DNA of 64,000 bases, from positions 152,911-216,910 of the IMG/VR virus record IMGVR_UViG_3300021399_000099; one strand, given 5' to 3'. The notes under the pieces were generated by a model. The model did no database searches. It saw only the letters and a program-made list of their open reading frames with translations, and was not told the origin of the DNA. A program made the translations under genes and the position numbers. Below are positions 18,592-26,231 of the stretch, one piece after another; the first letter of the stretch is position 1; the number at the start of each line of letters is the position of its first letter. This stretch comes from a virus (lineage: Duplodnaviria > Caudoviricetes).

Positions 18592-18961
18592 TGGAGCTGA
18601 CGCGACTCGAACGCGTGTCTTCAGGCATACCAATACGCTTTCTACATGCTTATTTCGGCTTAAAATCCAATAATCAAGAGCCGAGCACAACTTGATTATC
18701 TTTCTGAATCCAATCTTCCAGACCACTTTGTTTGCAATTACACTCCCATTGGGACGGATAACAAAGAAAACAGTCCCGAGAATGTTCGTCCCGACCCTGC
18801 CTTGGGGCCGATGGATTAAGCTAACTCACCTGGTGAATTAAGCAGCGAAAGAATACGCATAAGCGTCAACTATTTTTTTGAAGTTCTGATTAAAGTGGTT
18901 TCCTCCAATCCACTGCATGCTTACGGACCGCATATATCTGAATCAAAACCAGAACAGCCCC
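18592..18961 (-). ncRNA. ssrA: tmRNA, tag (A)DAYAYSFAA*
   Basis: 5' GGGGCTG / 3' CAGCTCC-A with G3:U70; T-arm; AAAAATAGTT|GAC GCT TAT GCG TAT TCT TTC GCT GCT TAA. Confidence 0.95.
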
Positions 18962-19105
18962 ATAAATAAAGCAACGTTGCCGAATCGAACTTTATTGTGG
19001 TGCTCAATTTTTCCACACCACTCACCGCTTCGAGCTACTCTTTCTTGCGCTCTAAGACATATCCTCGGGTGTCGCAAGTGTCGTTTAAACACCAACATTG
19101 CTTTG

Positions 19106-19179
19106 TGGACCGGATGGGATTCGAACCCACAACAACTAGAATGCAAATCTAGCGCTCTACCAATTGGAGCTACCAGCCC
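19106..19179 (-). tRNA. tRNA-Ala(TGC)
   Basis: G3:U70; TT-TGC-AT. Confidence 0.95.
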
Positions 19180-19482
19180 ATAATGTGATTTTTGTCTCCA
19201 TCAAATAGTTACTCATTGGTTATCCGGTTGCAACCGCACCTCAGACACTTGTCTTACCCGCACGGCCCTACTTCACTATTGACTTTAACCATTCCTGAGT
19301 TTTTTAACCTTTCTAAACTCCTTTCATCGGCTATTCACCTGCCTACTCACTAAATATAGTTTTTAAGGAGTAACGTTACCTCTCCCTTAGTGCTCATTTG
19401 GCTGCGCAACCGTGGTCTCGCACATAGCCACCGATATTAACGCATATCTCCACGACGCGCTTTAAGGACGGCGTAATCCTTG

Positions 19483-19568
19483 CGGAGAGCGGAGGTGTCG
19501 AACCCCATACGTTTCACCGTACGAATAGTTTTCAAGACTACCTTCGGAGCCGTCCGAATTCACTCTCC
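19483..19568 (-). tRNA. (8/4) tRNA-Ser(TGA)
   Basis: 8 bp acceptor GGAGAGTG/CGCTCTCC, 4 bp T-stem, 6 bp D-stem. Confidence 0.85.
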
Positions 19569-20495
19569 AAGATTGTTTCGTTTTCTATAGTCAGACATTG
19601 CGTGTTTTCCAACCCCAAAATGTTTTGCTATACTTTTCCACGTTAGTCCAGTTTCCCTAAGTTTTATTACTTCGGCTTTTGAAATATTATCAGTTTTTCT
19701 TTTTATATGTTCTTCTTTAATTTTTCTACCCTTTACCCACCCATTTTTAACATATTCTGCGAGGTCTTCCTTTTTTATTTTTAGGTTTTTTACGCCATTA
19801 GTAATCCAACATGTACCGTACTGTGAATTTTTAACACCAATTTGGTCGCCGTTTGCTCTGTGCGAATTTGACATCTTTTCTTTTGTTAACTCGGAATGGT
19901 TTCTTCCCACCCAAACAGCTTTTAATTCCCCGTTTAAATATCTTTCATCATCAAGATTAACAGACATCGTATTGCCGCTCATATCATAAACGGTTATTCT
20001 TCCTTTAGATTGATGAAGATACCTTTCTTGGTTATTTTTATATTCAGAGGTTTCAATAAGCTTATATTTTTCCTCTTCGGTGTCAAAAACTGCGATTTTT
20101 CCTTTAGAAAAGGGAACATATTTTCCGGAAAGATAATCTTCATCATCCGGCTTAATCCTATAAAAAACACCATTTTCGTCTCTAACCAAGATTGTTCCGG
20201 TGGTGACACCAAAATCACCACCAATTTTTAAGTTATAACAATTGGTATCCAAAACACAAGATTCGGTCACTACTTCATTTTCATATTCGGATGCCTGCTC
20301 TCGTGTTTTAAAATATTTTAGGATTGTCTTTTTAAAATTTTCCTTACCAAACTGTCTATACGCCCTTTTCAATCTCCTTCCAGACCCCATATAGCCATCC
20401 TCAATGTCGTTTGTTGAGTGTATCCCAAAATAATAATTTCCGTTTAACTGGTTTTCAATCTTATAAAAATAATGATATTTGTAATCACGTTCCAT
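19560..20495 (-). CDS. GIY-YIG homing endonuclease (Seg-like) with NUMOD3-like and HTH segments
   Basis: 'YFYKIEN.LNG.YYFGIHST...DGYMGSG', 'YNLKIGG', 'HSELTKEKMS'; stop overlaps the tRNA-Ser 5' end. Confidence 0.85.
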   Translation of the reverse strand: MERDYKYHYFYKIENQLNGNYYFGIHSTNDIEDGYMGSGRRLKRAYRQFGKENFKKTILKYFKTREQASEYENEVVTESCVLDTNCYNLKIGGDFGVTTGTILVRDENGVFYRIKPDDEDYLSGKYVPFSKGKIAVFDTEEEKYKLIETSEYKNNQERYLHQSKGRITVYDMSGNTMSVNLDDERYLNGELKAVWVGRNHSELTKEKMSNSHRANGDQIGVKNSQYGTCWITNGVKNLKIKKEDLAEYVKNGWVKGRKIKEEHIKRKTDNISKAEVIKLRETGLTWKSIAKHFGVGKHAMSDYRKRNNLGE

Positions 20496-20561
20496 ATGTT
20501 CGTATTTATAATATAAATATAACGAACACGCGAAACCATGTAAATATTTTTCAAAAAAAAC

Positions 20562-20628
20562 GGGAAACGGTTGTTGTTTTCAAAGCCAAAAATTGAATAT
20601 TAACGTTAAAACTTGCTGTGTGTTTCCC
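20562..20628 (-). ncRNA. Stand-alone ACAGCAA RNA displaying a Gln(TTG)-like loop
   Basis: GGGAAAC-AC-ACAGCAA...TTCAA-TTTTTGGCT-TTGAA...GTTTCCC. Confidence 0.65.
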
Positions 20629-20765
20629 TTATGTTTCTAATTACCACTATTCCCTTCTGGATTTCGTTATCCACTTTGGTCAGTACTGGGAAATCGGACA
20701 TCCTGACTTTGGTGCGGAATCTGGAATTGCACCGCTCCTACTTTCCTGATTTTATGGTAATTACG

Positions 20766-20849
20766 TGCGGCAGGTGAGACTCGAACTCACACGGGAATAA
20801 TGCCCACCAGTCCCTCAAACTGGCCTGGCTACCATTACAGCACTGCCGC
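20766..20849 (-). tRNA. tRNA-Leu(GAG)
   Basis: Class II cloverleaf; TT-GAG-GG. Confidence 0.9.
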
Positions 20850-20919
20850 ATAATGTCTGTTTCTTATCCTTTTCGGTCACCCTTAATAAGTGTTGAACAG
20901 ACCTAAAGTCTCCCTAGTA

Positions 20920-21042
20920 TGCTGAGAGTTGGATTCGAACCAACGCGTGTCAATTCCGTCGCACCAGAATTGTGATAGCGGGCTTCCCCATAGTTGCGAT
21001 TCCGGGGTCCTCCGCTGTGTTCAGCCACTTCACTACCTCAGC
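20920..21042 (-). tRNA. tRNA-like RNA with elongated anticodon and variable arms
   Basis: GCTGAGG/TCTCAGC; normal D and T arms. Confidence 0.5.
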
Positions 21043-21156
21043 CTTCGAGACCATATTTTTACCCGGCTGGTTAGACCGGTCCGACTTGTCAATGAACTTG
21101 CTTTATTAATATACAAAAACTGTGCCAAAAACACAAATTTTTTGCAAAAAATTTTG

Positions 21157-21237
21157 TCCGGATGGCTGGATTCGAACCAGCGAGGCGTTTGCGGGGCCTT
21201 ATGAGAGCCCTCCGATACCAGCTTCGGGCACATCCGG
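21157..21237 (-). tRNA. tRNA with CAT anticodon (Met/Ile2) and long variable loop
   Basis: GGGCT-CT-CAT-AA-GGCCC. Confidence 0.8.
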
Positions 21238-21244
21238 ATGCCTA

Positions 21245-21559
21245 TTACTTAAAAAGACCTTCGATTTTTCCTTTTATTTTCTTTATATCATCCTCAATTT
21301 CCTGAATAAGGTCATAATCGGAATCTTCCTTGTCAATTTCGGCTATTACTTTTTCAATGCCAATTATTTCACCCTTAAATATTTCGAGTGTTTCCGGGTC
21401 GTTTTTAGCGTTATCGTCGTTATTAATTTGTTTGATATGCTTTTCTATGTCCGAAAAACATGCCCTCATCTTATGAAGTTCATGATGCTTTGTTTCCTTA
21501 TAAGTCACATAACACCCTAGAACAATTAGCAATACAAATATTAAAATTATCCAAAACAT
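21245..21559 (-). CDS. Hypothetical membrane-anchored coiled-coil protein
   Basis: N-terminal TM segment, 104 aa. Confidence 0.6.
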   Translation of the reverse strand: MFWIILIFVLLIVLGCYVTYKETKHHELHKMRACFSDIEKHIKQINNDDNAKNDPETLEIFKGEIIGIEKVIAEIDKEDSDYDLIQEIEDDIKKIKGKIEGLFK

Positions 21560-21576
21560 AATACTATAATTTTTAA

Positions 21577-22677
21577 TTAGTTAGCAGGGGTGCAAGGATT
21601 CAAACCCTGACCAACGGTTTTTAGTATTTCCGGCATATATTTCTTAATGAAATCCATAAGCGTTTGTCTGTTAATACCGGTAGTTTTACTTAATTTAGTT
21701 AGCCACCCTCTTTCACTAGTATCTATTCCCGCCTCTACTATTATTTTTTTTCTATTTCTTATTTTTTCTTTATCTTCTTCCTTTTTTTTAATTTGGCTAT
21801 CTTTTCTCCTCTTTACTGACTCAATAGCCTTTTCTTTCGTATAACAAGTTGCATAAAAATCTGGGTCGTTTTTCATTAAAAATTCCCTAACATGTAATTG
21901 GGTCATTCCAACCAATTCGCCAGCTTTCTTTACCCACCCCCATTTTTGAAAATCTATCCCACTATTTTTTATAGTTTCAAGTTTTTCGGTTGTTGTTTTT
22001 ATTTTTTCCTCTTCTTTTTGAATTTTTTTATTTAGCTTTTCTTCAACCTCTTTTATTATTTCCTTTGCTGTTCTTTTCTTTGCATTTTTCCCGCAATAGT
22101 TATCAGTTAAAGCATGACAGTTTGGGCATAAAATCTGTAGGTTTTCAATAGAATTGTTGGTTCTGTCTCCGTCTATGTGATGAACTTGTAGTGGTATCGG
22201 TTCCCCTTCCCATTCAACTCTTCCACATCTTTCGCACACCCTTTCTTTAATCCCAAACTTAAACAAGTAACCAGATATTCTGCTACTTGATATTAAGCTT
22301 TCCTTTTTAAAAATATCTTCTTCTTTTAAAGAGTTTTTATGCTGGTTGCTTTTCCCCTTTCTATTAAAATGAGTGGTATCTAACCCATATTTTTTGGCGA
22401 TTTTTTTAAATTCTAAATATGTATTACTTCCTACACTCAAATTAAGCTCTTTTGCCACCTCTGAAAAATTGTTTTTTACTTTAATCAGTTCACAAACCGC
22501 TTTCTCCCTTTTTTCTTTTTCTTTTTGGTTTTGCGTAATGTGTTTTTGGTCTTCCATGAATTTTGGCGCAAGAACCAGTTTAATATATCTTTTATCCTCG
22601 TTTAAAATTTTAGAAATTTCTTCCCTTGTTTTTCCTTCATCATATAAGGCATATACCTTTTTCATTCGCTCGTTCAT
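21577..22677 (-). CDS. HNH homing endonuclease
   Basis: 'CERCG...LQVHHIDGDRTNNSIENLQILCPNCH'. Confidence 0.9.
   Translation of the reverse strand: MNERMKKVYALYDEGKTREEISKILNEDKRYIKLVLAPKFMEDQKHITQNQKEKEKREKAVCELIKVKNNFSEVAKELNLSVGSNTYLEFKKIAKKYGLDTTHFNRKGKSNQHKNSLKEEDIFKKESLISSSRISGYLFKFGIKERVCERCGRVEWEGEPIPLQVHHIDGDRTNNSIENLQILCPNCHALTDNYCGKNAKKRTAKEIIKEVEEKLNKKIQKEEEKIKTTTEKLETIKNSGIDFQKWGWVKKAGELVGMTQLHVREFLMKNDPDFYATCYTKEKAIESVKRRKDSQIKKKEEDKEKIRNRKKIIVEAGIDTSERGWLTKLSKTTGINRQTLMDFIKKYMPEILKTVGQGLNPCTPAN
21585..21622 (-). pseudogene. 3' half of a Trp-type tRNA embedded in the end of the HNH gene
   Basis: AAAACCGT-TGGT-CAGGG-TTTGAAT-CCTTG-CACCCCT-G. Confidence 0.6.
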
Positions 22678-22752
22678 CTCTTTTTATTTTTGCTATATAT
22701 AAATATATACGAACTTGGAAAAAAAATCAAGGTTTTAATTTTTTTTTACCTG

Positions 22753-22837
22753 CAAGAGTGGGAGGATTCGAACCCCCGAGGACATTACTCCTTCTGGTTT
22801 TGGAGACCAGTGCCATCAACCACTCGGCCACACTCTT
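22753..22837 (-). tRNA. tRNA-Trp(CCA) with long variable arm
   Basis: CTGGT-CT-CCA-AA-ACCAG. Confidence 0.85.
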
Positions 22838-22846
22838 ATATTTTAC

Positions 22847-22911
22847 GGGAAACTGTTTTTAATGTCGGCGTTACAGGCTGATTTTCAAAAGTAACTTGCT
22901 GTCTGTTTCCC
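22847..22911 (-). ncRNA. Stand-alone ACAGCAA RNA displaying a Tyr(GTA) anticodon stem-loop
   Basis: GGGAAAC-AG-ACAGCAA...TCAGC-CTGTAAC-GCCGA...GTTTCCC. Confidence 0.7.
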
Positions 22912-22921
22912 TATATTTTAT

Positions 22922-23392
22922 TTATCTTCTTGCCTTATAGTCGGCCATCGTAGTTGATAGCGGGCAGAGCGTCTTCCATCTACATTCAAATCCCTCTGAC
23001 TCAACCCATCCTTTAGCCGCACTAAAGGCTACGTTAGACCCAGCATCCTCATCCGGACTAATGTCAATGTCAATATACTTAACAAAGATGCCAGAATCCC
23101 TCATTAACTTTGCTACATCAAGAGAAGCCATTGTTTCGTCCATCATTCTGTCAAAAATCTCAGACTTCTTATATCTTCTACTTCTCCAAGTCCTGGAAAT
23201 AACGTGCGCCCCATGTCCATGCTCACCATCGCCACTGTCGTAAAGGGCGACAATTGTAGCAAAACAAGTGTGCCCGCCGTGGCATTGAGAGTCCGTACTA
23301 ACCATAATCTGGATATTACGGTGTGTGTGGCAGTAGTTGCCTACATAAGTTACCAGGTCTATTTTCTCCCCATTAAATTTCTTGAACTCCAT
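22922..23392 (-). CDS. RNase H-like YkuK/DUF458 family protein
   Basis: 'VSTDSQ...FATIVAL...GAH...RMMDE..SL..A...IDIDI...SN...AD'. Confidence 0.8.
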   Translation of the reverse strand: MEFKKFNGEKIDLVTYVGNYCHTHRNIQIMVSTDSQCHGGHTCFATIVALYDSGDGEHGHGAHVISRTWRSRRYKKSEIFDRMMDETMASLDVAKLMRDSGIFVKYIDIDISPDEDAGSNVAFSAAKGWVESEGFECRWKTLCPLSTTMADYKARR

Positions 23393-23432
23393 ACTTCATA
23401 CTCCTTAACTTTTATAAATATTATCCTTTTTG

Positions 23433-23516
23433 CGGAAGACTGAGGTGCCGACCCCCACACCATACAGTGCGCTTCGCTTTCAAGACGAGCCCCAAGGCCG
23501 CTCAGGTTAATCTTCC
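23433..23516 (-). tRNA. (8/4) tRNA-Ser(TGA)
   Basis: GGAAGATT/AGTCTTCC; T-stem GGGG/CCTC. Confidence 0.85.
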
Positions 23517-23525
23517 ATATTTGTG

Positions 23526-23608
23526 CGGATAGCGGAGGTCCCGACCCCCACCCCAAAAGGAGCGTACCGCTTTCGAGACGGACTTGAGCCCCGCCCAATT
23601 CACTATCC
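23526..23608 (-). tRNA. (8/4) tRNA-Ser(CGA)
   Basis: GGATAGTG/CGCTATCC; CT-CGA-AA. Confidence 0.85.
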
Positions 23609-23609
23609 G

Positions 23610-23699
23610 AGGAAGAGACTGGTACCGACCCAGACCCGTTTTTTAGACGAGCAGACACCTTTCCAGAGTGCTCCGGTAACCCCGACCGGTTCCTCTTCC
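23610..23699 (-). tRNA. (8/4) tRNA-Ser(GGA)
   Basis: GGAAGAGG/TCTCTTCC; CT-GGA-AA; T-stem CTGG/CCAG. Confidence 0.8.
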
Positions 23700-23703
23700 A
23701 ATA

Positions 23704-23797
23704 TGGCGGTGAGGGAGGGGCTCGAACCCTCGCGCCGGGTTTTAACCGACCTAACGGTTTAGCAAACCGTCCCCTTCACCAACTTGGGTACCTCACC
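23704..23797 (-). tRNA. tRNA-Ser(GCT), CCA encoded
   Basis: Canonical class II cloverleaf. Confidence 0.95.
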
Positions 23798-23801
23798 ATA
23801 G

Positions 23802-23872
23802 TTGGGATATTTAGATTCGAACTAAAATAACAACTTTCAGAGAGTTGCATGTTACCATTACATCATACCCCA
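23802..23872 (-). tRNA. tRNA-Gln(CTG)
   Basis: CAACT-CT-CTG-AA-AGTTG. Confidence 0.9.
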
Positions 23873-23879
23873 ATATTTA

Positions 23880-23947
23880 CAGGAAACATTTGTTCAGAAT
23901 GTTAGATTAAAAGTCTAGTCCTTAAAAACTTGCTGTATGTTTCCTTG
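23880..23947 (-). ncRNA. Stand-alone ACAGCAA RNA displaying a Lys(TTT) anticodon stem-loop
   Basis: GGAAAC-AT-ACAGCAA...TAGA-CTTTTAA-TCTA...GTTTCC. Confidence 0.75.
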
Positions 23948-24019
23948 AGCGGGTAGCCAGAATCGAACTGGCGTTTCCAGCATGGCAAGCTGGCGCACTA
24001 GCCACTGTGCTATACCCGC
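23948..24019 (-). tRNA. tRNA-Gly(GCC)
   Basis: CCAGC-TT-GCC-AT-GCTGG. Confidence 0.95.
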
Positions 24020-24187
24020 GAATGCACTTACTAAACCCATAATAACTGGTACCGCTTTTCATTACGGACAACATCGGTGCAATGTTTGCCATAGGCATCA
24101 TTGGATTTAACATCTTTCTCCATTTCAGGTCCATCAGCATCTTCCTCAACCGCAGAATCAAGTCCTGCTTTCATAGTATGGCTTTTG

Positions 24188-24262
24188 TCGGGAAGACCGG
24201 ATTCGAACCGACATGCTCCTGCCTCCGATGCAGGCGAGATAAAACCATTCCTCTACTTCCCG
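24188..24262 (-). tRNA. tRNA-Pro(CGG)
   Basis: CCTGC-AT-CGG-AG-GCAGG. Confidence 0.85.
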
Positions 24263-24266
24263 TTAT

Positions 24267-24350
24267 TGGTGGCACTACCGGATTCGAACCGGTGTTTGGA
24301 ATACTCCCCAGAGCCACAATCTGGTGCCTAACCTCTCGGCCAAGTGTCAC
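24267..24350 (-). tRNA. tRNA-His(GTG) with long variable arm
   Basis: G-1:C73; CCAGA-TT-GTG-GC-TCTGG. Confidence 0.85.
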
Positions 24351-24351
24351 G

Positions 24352-24430
24352 CGGGCACGACCCGAATCGAACGGGTGCCTTCAGAGCTTCAATCTGACGC
24401 GCAAATAACAACCACCTACGCTACATGCCC
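24352..24430 (-). tRNA. tRNA-Phe(GAA)
   Basis: TCAGA-TT-GAA-GC-TCTGA. Confidence 0.85.
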
Positions 24431-24437
24431 ATTATTG

Positions 24438-24691
24438 TGGAGGCCCCCGGAGTCGAGCCGGGTTCTCCGGATTGTTTGATGCATAGGATTCGAACCTATA
24501 TTCCCTGCGATGGGGCAACCTTTATGAAGAATACCTGCCTCTTCTTGGATTCGTTTTCACATCTCAGACCGTTACTCCGCTTATCTTTTCACAGTCTCCG
24601 CGGAACTCCTCCCGATGGTATGCCACTTCCCATTCAGCATCAAAGTGTCCATAATTCAGTCCGGTGCATAGACCACCTCTGCCAGACCTCC
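24438..24691 (-). tRNA. Interrupted tRNA (Phe-GAA, or Val-GAC with a different junction); ~180 nt insert holds a nested tRNA-like element
   Basis: CCGGA-CT-GAA|insert|AA-TCCGG; nested TTTGATGC/GCATCAAA stem with T-arm ATAGG-TTCGAAT-CCTAT. Confidence 0.7.
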
Positions 24692-24794
24692 ATAATTGCC
24701 AGGCGAAGCTAACCTGGCCCCGAGATTAATCCTGGCTCATCATCTCGGTGTGATAACTTAAAGCCATATCCGTTTATCACTAAGCTTACTTTTG

Positions 24795-24868
24795 TGGGCA
24801 AGGCAGAACTCGAATCTGCGCTCTCCTGAATATCAGTCAGGTGCTTTCACCAACTAAGCTACTCGCCC
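24795..24868 (-). tRNA. tRNA-Ile(GAT)
   Basis: CCTGA-CT-GAT-AT-TCAGG. Confidence 0.9.
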
Positions 24869-24878
24869 AATATATTTG

Positions 24879-24953
24879 TACCCCCGGTGGGATTCGAACC
24901 CACACTACATAGACCCTAAATCTATTGCCATCTTCCAGTTGGGCTACGGAGGC
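24879..24953 (-). tRNA. tRNA-Leu(TAG), short variable loop
   Basis: ATAGA-TT-TAG-GG-TCTAT. Confidence 0.85.
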
Positions 24954-25032
24954 ATTTTGGTGCTCAATTCTTATAAGGCGTCTGCAGAGCACCACCCACG
25001 CCAGTATTCTACAAAAATCGTGCCAAACTTTG

Positions 25033-25107
25033 TAGCCCCGGTCAGATTCGAACTGACACTTTACAGATTTTGAGACTGTTGCCATCTTCCAGTTGGGCTA
25101 CGGGGCC
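25033..25107 (-). tRNA. tRNA-Leu(CAA), short variable loop
   Basis: CT-CAA-AA loop. Confidence 0.85.
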
Positions 25108-25181
25108 ATAAAAAGCACTCCTACTTACATCCCTTAGTCCCCGTTTTTGGTATGTCGGGACATAGTAAAGTCTGTGCTTAG

Positions 25182-25256
25182 TACCCTTGGTGAGATTCGA
25201 ACTCACACTGTATAGGTCCTTAACCTATTGCCGGCTTCCAGTTGGGCTACAAGGGC
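25182..25256 (-). tRNA. tRNA-Leu(AAG), short variable loop, A34
   Basis: ATAGG-TT-AAG-GA-CCTAT. Confidence 0.85.
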
Positions 25257-25341
25257 ATATATAAGTTTTTGTATCATACCTTACTATTGAGGTTGAATAT
25301 TTAATATTCATTTATACTTAGGATAACTTTAAACCTTCTTT

Positions 25342-25419
25342 TGGTACCTCCGGTGGGATTCGAACCCACACTTGACAGGTCTTTAAGTCCTTTGCCGCTT
25401 CCAGTTGGGCTACGGAGGC
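25342..25419 (-). tRNA. tRNA-Leu(TAA), short variable loop, weak anticodon stem
   Basis: CT-TAA-AG loop; paralog of its neighbours. Confidence 0.7.
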
Positions 25420-25423
25420 ATTT

Positions 25424-25559
25424 AACAGGCTCATCAGCGTATCCGTTACTTTCAGGCTTTCAGCTAAATAGCGTTCTGCGACGTCTGTCAGGGCTTTGTT
25501 TAGCCTAGCACCCTCCTCCGATTTAAAGAATCCCGAACCAACGTGGATTCTACCTGTTT
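25424..25559 (-). ncRNA. Unknown ~135 nt structured RNA, copy 2
   Basis: Closing stem AACAGG/CCTGTT; core AAGCCCTGACAGACGTCGCAGAACGCT shared with 10870-10896. Confidence 0.6.
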
Positions 25560-25560
25560 G

Positions 25561-25635
25561 TACCCCCAGTGGGATTCGAACCCACACATAAATACGGTCT
25601 GAACGTAAAGCCTCTACCAATTGGGCTACAAGGGC
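25561..25635 (-). tRNA. tRNA-Leu(CAG), short variable loop
   Basis: TACG-TT-CAG-AC-CGTA. Confidence 0.85.
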
Positions 25636-25642
25636 ATATGAT

Positions 25643-25773
25643 AAAATTATATATTCAATGTAGTAATGGCCACTTCTACAAATTTTACAGCCAGTGTTTT
25701 AACCTCATAAACTATCATATTTGACTACTCTGCAGATTTGAACTCACTTCTCTGACTTGTAATACATAATTTT
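25643..25773 (-). ncRNA. Permuted tRNA mimic with YrlA/Y-RNA-like topology
   Basis: Long closing stem, GTCAG, T-arm-like TTCAAAT, D-arm GTTT/AAAC, CTGGC. Confidence 0.45.
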
Positions 25774-25776
25774 ATG

Positions 25777-25851
25777 AGCTCCTAACCGGATTCGAACCGA
25801 TACTTAAACTTTACAAGAGTCTCGTGCTCAGCCATTAAACACCATAGGAGC
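25777..25851 (-). tRNA. tRNA-Thr(TGT)
   Basis: AGACT-CT-TGT-AA-AGTTT. Confidence 0.9.
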
Positions 25852-26123
25852 ATATGGTTTTCTTTTAAATGCGGTCATGTCCTTCCATGCTTATTGCCAC
25901 TTGGGTCTAACCCAAGACATGGGGTGTCATAACTTGGCAGGCTAACCAAGCCTGATTCATTTATCTTTGTTTGGGCTCACGCGATTATTGCGCCGAAGCG
26001 GGAAAATGTCTCCGATTAAAAACCGCTCCTTTTGAGGTTGATAGTGGGAGCGACCACACTACCTTTTTACCTCTCAGCAAGTTACACCTCAGGGACTTGC
26101 AATCTCCTTTCAGTGCTTCCTAG

Positions 26124-26218
26124 TGGGCAGGGAGGGATTCGAACCCTCTTACTGCGAAGTCCGCTACGACTATTTGTTAACGCAGATTGGTTTTACAGAC
26201 CAGTGCCGTTACCTACCC
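26124..26218 (-). tRNA. tRNA-Tyr(GTA) with relocated D-arm strand, copy 1
   Basis: Only TAACGGCA between acceptor and anticodon stems; enlarged variable arm contains TAGTCGTAGCGG. Confidence 0.75.
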
Positions 26219-26231
26219 ATTTTGGTTTTTG

